Assembly (NCBI GenBank): GCA_022428185.1
Contig: JAKMCZ010000126.1
Span: 1 to 45,783, forward strand
Source: Alphaproteobacteria bacterium
GTDB taxonomy: Bacteria; Pseudomonadota; Alphaproteobacteria; RS24
Direction: 5' to 3'
DNA length: 45,783 nucleotides
Of the stretch, positions 19,441-28,676 are shown in pieces (the stretch's first letter is position 1; each line of letters opens with the position of its first letter). Below the pieces are notes generated by a model. The model had not been told where the DNA came from. It saw only the letters and a list, made by a program, of their open reading frames with translations, and ran no database searches. The translations under genes were made by a program, and so were the position numbers.

Positions 19441-20640
19441 ATGGAACTGAAACTTTCAGCAGAAGAGCAGGCTTTCCAACAAGAAATCCGCACGCGTTTT
19501 GAAGAAATTTTGCCCGAAGATCACCCTTATCGCGGCGGCAGCATTATCTCAATGTCGCGTGATGAAATGGCCGACTGGCAAAACACGCTTAATGAAAATG
19601 GTTGGGGCGCTATCGGTTGGCCGCAAGAGCTCGGTGGCACTGATTGGGGTGACCCGCAAAAAGCGATTTTTCAAGCCGAAGCGGCGCGCGTCAACGCGCC
19701 CGGACAGTCGCCTTTTGGCGTGACAATGGTCGGGCCGGTATTATGCGAGTTCGGCACTGAGGCGCAAAAAGCGCAGCACTTGCCGAATATTTTGGACGGT
19801 TCGGTGTTTTGGTGTCAGGGCTATTCAGAGCCGGGCTCAGGCTCTGACCTTGCCTCATTGCGCACGGCGGCCATTCGTGACGGTGACGATTATGTCGTCA
19901 ATGGTCAGAAAATATGGACGACGCAGGCGCATATCGCTGATTGGATTTTCTGCCTCGTGCGCACCAGCACAGAGGGCAAACCGCAACAAGGTATTTCCTT
20001 CTTGCTCATCGATATGAAATCGCCGGGCATTGAAGTGAAGCCGATTTACACGATTGATGGTGACCATCATTTGAACGAAGTTTATTTCACCGATGTGCGC
20101 GTGCCGGTTGATAATCTTGTCGGTAATGAAAATGAAGGCTGGACCTATGCCAAATTCCTGCTCGGCAATGAGCGGGCCGGTATTGCCGGAACTGACATTA
20201 TTCTGAACGGCCTCGCCAATCTTAAAAACGTGCATGACTATTTGTCGGAAACGGCGGGCGAGAGTTATCAGGCCGATGCCTTTGCGCGTCGCCATGCTGA
20301 ACTTTCAGTGCGTTATGAATCGCTGCAAATGCTTGAAAATCGCGCCCTCTTCGCTGCGCCCGATTCAGGCGACGGCATGATTTTGCCACTGCCGATGAAA
20401 ACATTGGGCACCGAATTGCAGCAGGATATGGGCGATTTGGCCTATGACATGCTGGGTGCCGATTCCACAGTGTTGTTCACGGCTGATTTTGAACCGACGG
20501 TCGGTGATAATGAGCCGAATTATCGCGCTCATGCGCCGAACCAAACACATTTCATGCTGTTCAATCGTGCCTCGACAATTTTCGGCGGCACGACGGAAGT
20601 GCAAAAAGGCATTATGTCGAAATTCGTTTTGGGCTTGTAA
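19441..20640 (+). CDS. Acyl-CoA dehydrogenase (PimC/FadE-like)
   Basis: WCQGYSEPGSGSDLASL, NGQKIWTT, NEVYFTDVRVP, TIFGGTTEVQK. Confidence 0.92.
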   Translation: MELKLSAEEQAFQQEIRTRFEEILPEDHPYRGGSIISMSRDEMADWQNTLNENGWGAIGWPQELGGTDWGDPQKAIFQAEAARVNAPGQSPFGVTMVGPVLCEFGTEAQKAQHLPNILDGSVFWCQGYSEPGSGSDLASLRTAAIRDGDDYVVNGQKIWTTQAHIADWIFCLVRTSTEGKPQQGISFLLIDMKSPGIEVKPIYTIDGDHHLNEVYFTDVRVPVDNLVGNENEGWTYAKFLLGNERAGIAGTDIILNGLANLKNVHDYLSETAGESYQADAFARRHAELSVRYESLQMLENRALFAAPDSGDGMILPLPMKTLGTELQQDMGDLAYDMLGADSTVLFTADFEPTVGDNEPNYRAHAPNQTHFMLFNRASTIFGGTTEVQKGIMSKFVLGL

Positions 20641-20654
20641 AACAGGCGATAGAA

Positions 20655-21449
20655 TTACTGAAAAATAGCGATGTGCTGCGCCGAGTCCATGACGCGGCGG
20701 CCTTCGCTGTTCCACACTTGAATCAATTGCGATGAATAGCCGTCGCGAATGAAGCGCGTGGCCGAACGCATCAGCCACCAGCCGTCTTCAGTCGTGAAGT
20801 CATCGGTCAGGAAATTGATGTTCCAATTCATGCTCGACAAAGCGCGCACCCCGCTTAGAGCGCCAAAAGCGGCGGGCGGCGTGTCGGCCAGCACGACCAA
20901 CGGCATCAGGCCTTTATCCCAGCTTTCGGGATCGGTCATGCGCGTCCAAATAAGCATGTCAGGGTCGTCAGACTGCTGAAAAAATTGCGGGCCGGAGACC
21001 CAGCGGCGGTCAAAATTGACCAGAAAATTAGGCGCTTGATCGCCCAAACTATAAGGCTCGATTTCGTCCGGTTTTTTGGTGATTTCTTTCAGCGGATAAT
21101 CCATCGCGATATCAAGCTCCCGCTCGACACCAAAAGTGAAATAGCCATGCGTGCCGGCCCCCGCCGTGCTGTCCAATTCGGCGCGCACGGTCACATTATT
21201 TTTGCCTCGACGTAAAATCTCATGGCTGACATTCAATGCGTCAACCGCCGGACCGATGAAGTTAACCTGCACGGTGCGCAAAGGTGGCAAATCATCATGA
21301 TCGTTCAAAATCGCGGCCAATAAGAGCGCCGAGGTCAGACCGCCAAAGGCCGTGCGCCCCTGTTTCCATGTTTCAGGCAGGTCAGCTTGATAGCTGTCGC
21401 CGCTTTTAGACGCCAAAAAAGCCTGCATCATTTGTGTGTAGCTGGTCAT
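20655..21449 (-). CDS. Acyl-CoA thioesterase (TesB-like double hot-dog)
   Basis: WKQGRTAFGGL, LADTPP, SSMNWNINF, GYSSQ...W. Confidence 0.88.
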   Translation of the reverse strand: MTSYTQMMQAFLASKSGDSYQADLPETWKQGRTAFGGLTSALLLAAILNDHDDLPPLRTVQVNFIGPAVDALNVSHEILRRGKNNVTVRAELDSTAGAGTHGYFTFGVERELDIAMDYPLKEITKKPDEIEPYSLGDQAPNFLVNFDRRWVSGPQFFQQSDDPDMLIWTRMTDPESWDKGLMPLVVLADTPPAAFGALSGVRALSSMNWNINFLTDDFTTEDGWWLMRSATRFIRDGYSSQLIQVWNSEGRRVMDSAQHIAIFQ

Positions 21450-21462
21450 TATTCTCGTCCCT

Positions 21463-21744
21463 TTATTTTTTTCCGTCTTGGCTAAGCAGAATTTGTCTTT
21501 CGCGACGATTATGCTTCAACTCATATTCCCGTGACATGGCGGCGCTGCGGGTCTTGAAAACTTCGCTATGAACAAGCTGCCATTTGCGACCCCGCGTCGC
21601 CTTTGCGCCACTGCCATCATTATGCGCGGCAAGGCGCTTTTCCAAATCGATTGTCCAACCGACATATGATTTTGCCGGGCCGCTATCGCAGCTTTTGAGC
21701 AGATAGACATAGCAGGATTTATCCGCCGGGCCAGTATTTTTCAT
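21463..21744 (-). CDS. GIY-YIG nuclease family protein (UPF0213-like)
   Basis: YVYLL...SYVGWT.DLEKRL..HN..GAKATRGR...AMSREYELK. Confidence 0.9.
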   Translation of the reverse strand: MKNTGPADKSCYVYLLKSCDSGPAKSYVGWTIDLEKRLAAHNDGSGAKATRGRKWQLVHSEVFKTRSAAMSREYELKHNRRERQILLSQDGKK

Positions 21745-21780
21745 GCCGTATATTTACGCGATTCCCACCTCCCATAAATT

Positions 21781-21804
21781 CGCTTTACACATCTCGGTAA
21801 AGCG
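21781..21804. promoter_or_regulatory. Perfect inverted repeat CGCTTTAC-N8-GTAAAGCG, putative operator over the polyamine operon promoter
   Basis: 8-bp arms with an 8-nt spacer; overlaps TTTACA(21784)-N17-TAATCA(21807). Confidence 0.45.
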
Positions 21805-21888
21805 TCTAATCACGCCTCAGCCGACCAAAATGGCGGCGTTGGAGGTGGCTCACGGGTCCTGATTTTTGGCGATTTTGCGGAGGGTAAC

Positions 21889-23097
21889 TTGGCGACTGTT
21901 CTGGTAATTGGAGCCGGTGGTGTTGGTTCGGTAGCAGTGCATAAAATGGCAATGCTATCCGATATTTTTACGGATGTAACCCTTGCCAGCCGACGCTTAG
22001 CGCCTTGTGCAGAGATACAAAAAGCGGTCGCCAAACGCACCGGAAAATCGATAAATATCGCTCAATTGGACGCTGATAATGTGGCTGACACCGTGGCGCT
22101 TATCGACCGGGTTAAGCCCGAATTAGTGGTCAATCTGGCATTGCCTTATCAAGACTTGGCAATCATGGACGCGTGTTTGGAGACCGGCACGCATTATCTT
22201 GATACCGCCAATTATGAACCGCGCGATGAGGCCAAGTTTGAGTATCACTGGCAATGGGCTTATCAGGAGCGGTTTGCCGAAAAAGGCCTGATGGCTCTTT
22301 TGGGCTCGGGTTTTGACCCGGGCGTGACCAATGTGTTCACCGCTTATATCCAAAAACATTTGGTAGCCGATATGCGCACGCTCGATATCCTCGATTGCAA
22401 TGGCGGCGACCATGGGCGGGCATTTGCCACGAATTTCAATCCTGAAATTAACATACGCGAGGTCACCGCACCGGCGCGCCATTGGGCGCAGGGTGCGTGG
22501 GTCGAAACGCCGGCGCTGTCGCATAAGCAAAGTTTCGATTTTCCTGAAATTGGCCCGCGCAATATGTATCTGATGTATCACGAAGAGCTTGAAAGCTTGT
22601 CAAAGCATTATCCCGAATTGCAACGCGCGCGGTTTTGGATGACCTTTGGCGATGCTTATTTGACCCATTTGGAAGTTCTGCAAAATGTCGGCATGACGGC
22701 GATTGAACCGATTAATTATGACGGCAAAGAGATTGTGCCGCTGCAATTTTTGAAAGCGGTGCTGCCCAATCCGGGCGATTTGGGGGCAACCACCAGCGGC
22801 AAGACCTGTATCGGCAATATTGTCAGCGGAACGCATGCGGGCGCGCCGCGCACCGTCTATTTATATAATATTTGCGACCATGCGGCCTGCTTTGCCGAAG
22901 TCGGCAGTCAGGCGGTCAGCTATACGACCGGTGTTCCGGCAATGATTGGCGCAGCTTTGATGCTGGACGGCACATGGATGAAGCCCGGCGTGTTCAATTT
23001 GGAGCAGCTTGACCCCGACCCGTTTATGAGCATGCTCACCGCGCATGGTCTGCCGTGGCAGCATATCGACTTGCCGCATGCGCCGGAGTTTGACTGA
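21889..23097 (+). CDS. Carboxy(nor)spermidine dehydrogenase (saccharopine dehydrogenase family)
   Basis: IGAGGVG, HYLDTANYEP, GSGFDPG, FATNFNPEINIRE, QAVSYTTGVPA; TTG start with GGAGG SD; upstream of nspC. Confidence 0.92.
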   Translation: MATVLVIGAGGVGSVAVHKMAMLSDIFTDVTLASRRLAPCAEIQKAVAKRTGKSINIAQLDADNVADTVALIDRVKPELVVNLALPYQDLAIMDACLETGTHYLDTANYEPRDEAKFEYHWQWAYQERFAEKGLMALLGSGFDPGVTNVFTAYIQKHLVADMRTLDILDCNGGDHGRAFATNFNPEINIREVTAPARHWAQGAWVETPALSHKQSFDFPEIGPRNMYLMYHEELESLSKHYPELQRARFWMTFGDAYLTHLEVLQNVGMTAIEPINYDGKEIVPLQFLKAVLPNPGDLGATTSGKTCIGNIVSGTHAGAPRTVYLYNICDHAACFAEVGSQAVSYTTGVPAMIGAALMLDGTWMKPGVFNLEQLDPDPFMSMLTAHGLPWQHIDLPHAPEFD

Positions 23098-24251
23098 TGT
23101 TGAGAACCCAATCTACCGGACCGGGCCGCTTTGCCGATTTTGATTTAAGCCGCGTGCCATCGCCATGCTTTGTGATTGATGAGGTGCGCTTAAGGCAAAA
23201 TCTCGAAATTTTGAGCAGTGTGGCGCAGGCTGCCGATGCGAAAGTTTTGCTGGCTCTGAAAGCTTTTGCCATGTGGTCATTGGCGCCGCTCATCAACGAG
23301 CATTTGAGCGGCACATGCGCGTCGGGATTGTGGGAAGCCCGACTGGCGCGCAAACGCTTTGCCGGTGAATTATCGACCTATGCGCCTGCCTTTAAGCCAT
23401 CTGAGTTCGCCGAGATTGCAGAACTCTCTGACCATATTGTGTTCAACAGCGTGGCGCAGACGGAGCGCTTTGCTGGCGAGGCGAAAGCGGCGGGAGCAGA
23501 TTTTGCTTTGCGCATTAATCCGGAACATTCAGAAGCCGAGATTCCGCTTTATGACCCGTGCGCGGTCGGTTCGCGGCTTGGTCAGCCGATTTCGCAGCTT
23601 GAAGAATTGCCCGACGGTATGTCCGGCTTGCACTTGCATAATTTGTGCGAGCAAGGCCTTGCCCCTTTGTCGCGCACGGTCGACGCGGTGTTGCCGTTTC
23701 TCGAAGCGCATAAAGGCAAATATGACTGGCTTAATTTGGGCGGCGGTCATCTGGTGACGCGCGATGATTATGATCGCGGCGGGCTGATTGCGCTGCTTGA
23801 GAGTTTGTCGCACCGCCTCGGCGTGCAGACCTATATCGAGCCGGGCACGGCTATCGGCTTCGACAGCGCGATTTTGGTCGGGGAAGTGCTCGATGTGGTC
23901 GAAAATGATGGGGCGGTGGGCATCACCGATATTTCGCCCGTGTGCCACATGCCCGATGTCATTGAAGCGCCTTATCGCCCCGATATGCTGAGCGAGGCGG
24001 GTGAGATTGATGTTCGATTGGGCGGTGCAAGCTGTTTATCGGGCGATATTATCGGCAGCTACAAATTTGAGGCGGTGCCGAAAAGCGGCCAGCGCATCGC
24101 TTTTCTTGACCAAGCGCATTACACAATGGTCAAGACCACCACATTTAACGGTGCGCAACTCCCGTCACTGGCGATATGGAACAGTCAAACCGATGCGCTG
24201 CGCATCGTCAAAAACTTTGACTATGATGATTTTGAGGGGCGGCTGTCATGA
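23097..24251 (+). CDS. nspC: Carboxy(nor)spermidine decarboxylase
   Basis: LLALKAF (PLP Lys), CASGLWEARL, LYDPC, NLGGGH, HMPDVIEAPY, HYTMVKTTTFNG. Confidence 0.95.
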   Translation: MLRTQSTGPGRFADFDLSRVPSPCFVIDEVRLRQNLEILSSVAQAADAKVLLALKAFAMWSLAPLINEHLSGTCASGLWEARLARKRFAGELSTYAPAFKPSEFAEIAELSDHIVFNSVAQTERFAGEAKAAGADFALRINPEHSEAEIPLYDPCAVGSRLGQPISQLEELPDGMSGLHLHNLCEQGLAPLSRTVDAVLPFLEAHKGKYDWLNLGGGHLVTRDDYDRGGLIALLESLSHRLGVQTYIEPGTAIGFDSAILVGEVLDVVENDGAVGITDISPVCHMPDVIEAPYRPDMLSEAGEIDVRLGGASCLSGDIIGSYKFEAVPKSGQRIAFLDQAHYTMVKTTTFNGAQLPSLAIWNSQTDALRIVKNFDYDDFEGRLS

Positions 24252-25117
24252 GTGCTGCGGCGAAACAAAATCAGTTTCTTGGCGAAGAATTGAGCGATGC
24301 GGAAAACCGCGCAGAAACCGCGCGTTTTGAGGTTGTCCCATGCGGTCTTGAAGCCACAGTCTCTTATGGCACCGGCGCGGCCAATGGCCCGGCGGCGATA
24401 ATTGCCGCCAGCCATCAGCTAGAGCGCTTGACCAATGGCAGCGTGCCGTGCGCGCAAGGTATCTTCACCCATGCGCCGGTCGATTGTGGGCAAGAGATAG
24501 AAACGGTGATGGCTGATTTGCGCACGCTCACGGCGGCGATTGTCGGGCGCGGGCATATTCCGGTCACGCTGGGCGGCGAACATTCCATAAGCTATGGCGC
24601 GGTCATGGGCGTGGTTGATGCTCTGAAAGCGCCCGTCGGGCTGGTGCATATTGATGCCCATGCCGACTTTCGGGCGGCTTATCAGGGTGAAAAACATTCG
24701 CATGCCAGCGTCATGTATTTGCTGGCGCAAGAGGGTCTGCCAATGGCCTCGTTCGGGGTGCGCGCACTGGCTGAAGAAGAAGCGGCGGCGCGGCACGCGC
24801 ATGGGGTGATTGCCTATGATGCGGGTGAGTTGGTGCGCGGCAATATTTCCGACATCACGCTGCCCGATGATTTTCCCGAAAATATTTATGTCAGCTTTGA
24901 CCTTGATGGGCTCGACCCGTCCATCATGCCGGCCACCGGCACGCCTGTGCCGGGTGGGCTGGGGTATTATCAGGCTTTGGATTTGGTCGAAAGCGCGCTG
25001 CAAGGTCGCCGCTGCGTCGGCATTGATGTGATGGAACTGGCACCGATAGACGGTCAACCGGCCAGCGATTTTACCGCCGCGCAAATCACCTACAATCTGA
25101 TGGCGTTTTGCGCCTGA
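24248..25117 (+). CDS. speB: Agmatinase-family ureohydrolase
   Basis: GGEHS, DAHAD, FDLDGLDPS, TGTPVPGG, DVMELAP. Confidence 0.9.
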   Translation: MSAAAKQNQFLGEELSDAENRAETARFEVVPCGLEATVSYGTGAANGPAAIIAASHQLERLTNGSVPCAQGIFTHAPVDCGQEIETVMADLRTLTAAIVGRGHIPVTLGGEHSISYGAVMGVVDALKAPVGLVHIDAHADFRAAYQGEKHSHASVMYLLAQEGLPMASFGVRALAEEEAAARHAHGVIAYDAGELVRGNISDITLPDDFPENIYVSFDLDGLDPSIMPATGTPVPGGLGYYQALDLVESALQGRRCVGIDVMELAPIDGQPASDFTAAQITYNLMAFCA

Positions 25118-25136
25118 TTTTCGGTGCCATATCGGC

Positions 25137-25215
25137 AAAAAAATACCTCCGGCGAGGGAGGGACGCCGGAGGTTGGTTGGGAACTGTTTGTTAGGAGGAC
25201 AACAAATTCCGTTCT
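25137..25215 (-). ncRNA. Putative trans-acting sRNA with two C/U-rich anti-SD loops (cuckoo/alpha-r type)
   Basis: Minus strand: hairpin TTTGTT-GTCCTCCT-AACAAA, then perfect 10-bp stem ACCTCCGGCG-TCCCTCCCT-CGCCGGAGGT followed by ATTTTTTT. The 5' end is approximate. Confidence 0.65.
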
Positions 25216-25244
25216 CAATACGTATGGTTTTAGCTTCTAGATGG

Positions 25245-25259
25245 TTAAAAAATCGTTAG
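25245..25259. promoter_or_regulatory. CtrA-like box TTAA-N7-TTAG
   Basis: One mismatch to TTAA-N7-TTAA; reads CTAA-N7-TTAACC on the minus strand, about 30 nt upstream of the sRNA. Confidence 0.4.
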
Positions 25260-25283
25260 GATAAGTAAATCTTGGGGGGAAAT

Positions 25284-27110
25284 ATGAAAAATCGCCTGTT
25301 TTCTGCGGCTATTGCCGCGACAATTTGTGCTTCTACAATATCAATATCGGCTGCTGGGGCGGCTGAAAAACCGGAAAACCGACAGGTATTGTTCGGTGAA
25401 ACGCATTTGCACACACTATTGTCTTTCGACAGCTATATTTTCGGCAATCGCAACACGCCTGAAGACGCTTATCGCTATGCGAAGGGTGAAACGATTAAAC
25501 ACCCGGGCGGTTTTGACATGACTTTGACCGAGCCGCTGGATTTTCAATCAGTGACCGACCATGCGATTTATCTGGGCATGCTGCCCGCCATGCATGACCC
25601 GCGTTTGAAAGTCTCAAAACACCCAATCTCGCTGGAAATGCGCAAAGCCAAATCGCAAGCCGAGCGTTTGGCGGCGTTTCAGAAATTGTTCCCGTTTCTC
25701 AATAAGAGCGACAAGCCTGACGATCTGGTTGACAATGATATTATGAAATCGGCTTGGGCGGAAATTATCGCCACGGCCAATCGGCATAATGAGCCGGGCA
25801 AATTTACCACCCTTATCGGTTATGAGTTTACCTCCGGCCCGCAGCAACAAAACCTGCACCGCAATGTATTCTTCCGAGGTGATAATGGGCCGACTTTGCC
25901 CTTCAGCCGCATCATGTCGCCCAATCCTGAAGATTTGTGGGCGTGGATGGACGCGCTGCGCGATAAGGGCATGGACACGCTCGCCGTGCCGCATAACTCG
26001 AACGGCTCAAATGGTTTGATGTTCATGACCAAAAAATGGGACGGTAGCCCGATGGATATGGATTATGCCGAAACCCGCATGCGTAATGAGCCAATTGTCG
26101 AGATGACACAGGTTAAGGGCGATAGCGAAACCCATCCGCTTTTGTCGCCCAATGATGAATTTGCCGATTTTGAAACAATGCCCTTTCGCATTGGTGCCTG
26201 GATACCGAGCCAACCCGATGGGTCCTATGTGCGCCAAGCCTATCGGCGCGGTTTGGAAATGGCGGCTAAGGGCAACGGTAATCCGTATAAATTCGGCATG
26301 ATTGGCGCGTCCGATACGCATGTCGGGGCAGGTGCTTTTGACGAGGATAATTATTGGTCCAAAATCGGTCTGGTCGATTCAACGGCGTCTTTGCGTGGCT
26401 CTGTGCCGTTGAAAAAGCTGAACCCCGAAGGCGGCAAATATAACATCAATAATTTCCACACATGGAGCGCGTCAGGTCTGGCGGCGGTTTGGGCCGACAG
26501 CAATACGCGCGGCGATATATTCGATGCCATGCGCCGCAAGGAAACCTATGCCACCACCGGCCCACGCATAAAATTGCGGTTTTTCGCATCGCGCAATTTC
26601 AGTCGCAATATTGAAAACCGCACTGATATGGTCAAGCGCGCTTATAATGAGGGCGTGGCGATGGGCAGCGATTTACGAATAAAAGGACGCGGTGCGCCTG
26701 AGTTTTTGGTATGGGCGATGCGCGATGTTAAATCTTATGGCTTACAGCGCCTTCAAATTGTTAAAGGCTGGTTGAAAGCCGACGGCGCGTCGGCCGAAAA
26801 AGTGTTTGATATTGCTTGTGCCGGCGGCAAAAAGCCGGGGCGCGACCATCGCTGCCCGGATAATGGCGCAAAAGTCGACATCAAGACATGCGAGGCAACA
26901 GCCAACACCTCAGCCGCTGAGCTGAAAACGGTTTGGAAAGACCCCGAATATAAAAGGGATCAGCAAGCCTTTTATTATGTTCGTGTGTTGGAAAACCCAA
27001 GCTGTCGTTGGTCAACATGGGACGCATTGCGTGCCGGTGTGCCGCCGCGTCCGGGGCTTGAAACAACCATTCAAGAGCGCGCTTATTCGTCGCCCATTTG
27101 GGTCAATTAA
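25284..27110 (+). CDS. DUF3604 domain protein (secreted PHP-like metalloprotein)
   Basis: Signal peptide; FGETHLHT..SFD, VTDHA, NLHRNV, PHNSNGSNG, GASDTH, YYVRVLENPSCRWS, QERAYSSPIW. Confidence 0.9.
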   Translation: MKNRLFSAAIAATICASTISISAAGAAEKPENRQVLFGETHLHTLLSFDSYIFGNRNTPEDAYRYAKGETIKHPGGFDMTLTEPLDFQSVTDHAIYLGMLPAMHDPRLKVSKHPISLEMRKAKSQAERLAAFQKLFPFLNKSDKPDDLVDNDIMKSAWAEIIATANRHNEPGKFTTLIGYEFTSGPQQQNLHRNVFFRGDNGPTLPFSRIMSPNPEDLWAWMDALRDKGMDTLAVPHNSNGSNGLMFMTKKWDGSPMDMDYAETRMRNEPIVEMTQVKGDSETHPLLSPNDEFADFETMPFRIGAWIPSQPDGSYVRQAYRRGLEMAAKGNGNPYKFGMIGASDTHVGAGAFDEDNYWSKIGLVDSTASLRGSVPLKKLNPEGGKYNINNFHTWSASGLAAVWADSNTRGDIFDAMRRKETYATTGPRIKLRFFASRNFSRNIENRTDMVKRAYNEGVAMGSDLRIKGRGAPEFLVWAMRDVKSYGLQRLQIVKGWLKADGASAEKVFDIACAGGKKPGRDHRCPDNGAKVDIKTCEATANTSAAELKTVWKDPEYKRDQQAFYYVRVLENPSCRWSTWDALRAGVPPRPGLETTIQERAYSSPIWVN

Positions 27111-27900
27111 GCGGCTTTAACCGGTCGGCAGCCAGTCGCCCCATCAGCACCAGCAAAAACAAGGCGACGGTGAGGGTGACAATGGTCGGGCCAAGCGGCA
27201 GAGCCATTGCGTCGGCAAAGGGCAGGCCGCCCAGCATGCACAAGGCGGCGAATAAACTGCCGGTCATAGCCATTGTTTCGGGTCGGCGGCTGACCAGTCG
27301 AGCGGTCGAGGCGGGAATGATGAGCAATGATGTGATAAGCAAAATGCCGACAATTTGAACGGCGGCAGCAACCGCAACACCGAGCAGCAGCATGAGCAAA
27401 AACTCATAAGTTCGAATGGGCACGCCCTCGGCATGCGCCAATTCCTCGCTCGACGTCATCAGCAACAGGCCGGGCCATAGTCGCATCAGCAGGCCGAGCG
27501 ACAGGCCGCAGCCGAGCACCACATAGACCAGCATATCGGGGCTGACATTTTCCAAACTGCCAAGCAGATAATCATGCACTTCGGCATCTTCAATGCCGAG
27601 CAGGGTCATAGCGACAACGCCGAGCGACAAAGCCGCATGCGCCAAAATGCCGAGCAGCGTATCGGTCGCCAGCAAGCGCTGGCTGCGCAGCCAAATCAGC
27701 ATGACGGCGAATAAAATAGCGACAAAAATCATGCCGACTTGATTGCTGACCCCGACAACAAGACCGACCGCTACGCCGAGCAGTGCGGAATGGGCGAGGC
27801 CGTCGCCGAAATAGGCCATGCGCCGCCAAACCACAAAACAGCCCAGCGGGCCGGCCAGCAAAGCCAGCGCAATGGCGGTGATAAGCATCGGCGTGGTCAT
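27103..27900 (-). CDS. znuB: Zn/Mn ABC transporter permease
   Basis: GPLGCFVVWRRMAYFGDGLAHSALLG, VGILLITSLLIIPA. Confidence 0.93.
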   Translation of the reverse strand: MTTPMLITAIALALLAGPLGCFVVWRRMAYFGDGLAHSALLGVAVGLVVGVSNQVGMIFVAILFAVMLIWLRSQRLLATDTLLGILAHAALSLGVVAMTLLGIEDAEVHDYLLGSLENVSPDMLVYVVLGCGLSLGLLMRLWPGLLLMTSSEELAHAEGVPIRTYEFLLMLLLGVAVAAAVQIVGILLITSLLIIPASTARLVSRRPETMAMTGSLFAALCMLGGLPFADAMALPLGPTIVTLTVALFLLVLMGRLAADRLKPLN

Positions 27901-28652
27901 GGCTTAATCTCGTGCAAGGCTTCATGGTCATGGTCATGCGTGTGGTCATGGGCGTGGCTGTGCTGATAAACCGCCATCATTTGCGCCATATCATTGCCGA
28001 ACATCTGCATGAATTCAGGATCGCGCGCGACGCTTTCGGGTGCGCCGGAGCAACAAATATGGTGATATAAGCAAACCACTTGCCTTGTCGAATTCATCAC
28101 CATGTGCAGGTCGTGACTGACCATTAAAACCGAGAAGCCGCGCTTTTCATAAAGTGCGTCAATCAGCTTGTAAAATTCCAACTGACCGGTGACATCAAGA
28201 TTTTGCGCCGGTTCGTCGAGCATCAGCACATGCGGATTATTGACCAATGCGCGGGCCAGTAAGACGCGCTGCAATTCCCCGCCCGACAGACCGTCTAGCG
28301 GCGTGTCGAGTAAATGGTCGCAACCGGTTTCAGCGGCAAGCGTCGCCACATCGTCGGGCGTATGTTTATTGTTCAGCGCTAAAAACCGCGCGACCGGCAT
28401 TGGCAAGGTCGGGTCGATTTGAAATCTTTCTGGCACATAGCCGATGCGTAAGCCCTGCCTATGACGCACGGTTCCGCTATCTGCGGTTTCAAGCTTCAGC
28501 AAATGGCGCAGCAATACTGACTTGCCCGCGCCATTGGGGCCGATAAGCGTGATGAAATCATGCTCGCCCAAAGTCAGCGATACATTGTCGAGCACCAGCC
28601 CGCCTTGACGGCGCACACATAACTCTTTGGCTTCAACTAACGGCTCGGACAC
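27897..28652 (-). CDS. znuC: Zn ABC transporter ATP-binding subunit
   Basis: GPNGAGKS, LSGGELQR, LDEP, SHDLHMV, HICCSGAPE, His-rich tail. Confidence 0.93.
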   Translation of the reverse strand: MSEPLVEAKELCVRRQGGLVLDNVSLTLGEHDFITLIGPNGAGKSVLLRHLLKLETADSGTVRHRQGLRIGYVPERFQIDPTLPMPVARFLALNNKHTPDDVATLAAETGCDHLLDTPLDGLSGGELQRVLLARALVNNPHVLMLDEPAQNLDVTGQLEFYKLIDALYEKRGFSVLMVSHDLHMVMNSTRQVVCLYHHICCSGAPESVARDPEFMQMFGNDMAQMMAVYQHSHAHDHTHDHDHEALHEIKP

Positions 28653-28676
28653 ACCGGCTCTCCATTTGCAACAGCA

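Noticed and set aside
21463-21744. GIY-YIG gene as a homing endonuclease or mobile element
   Set aside because: 93-aa stand-alone UPF0213-like domain with no DNA-binding extension, intron or flanking repeats.
27915-27965. Tandem CATGGT-like repeats
   Set aside because: Explained by the His/Asp-rich coding tail of ZnuC.
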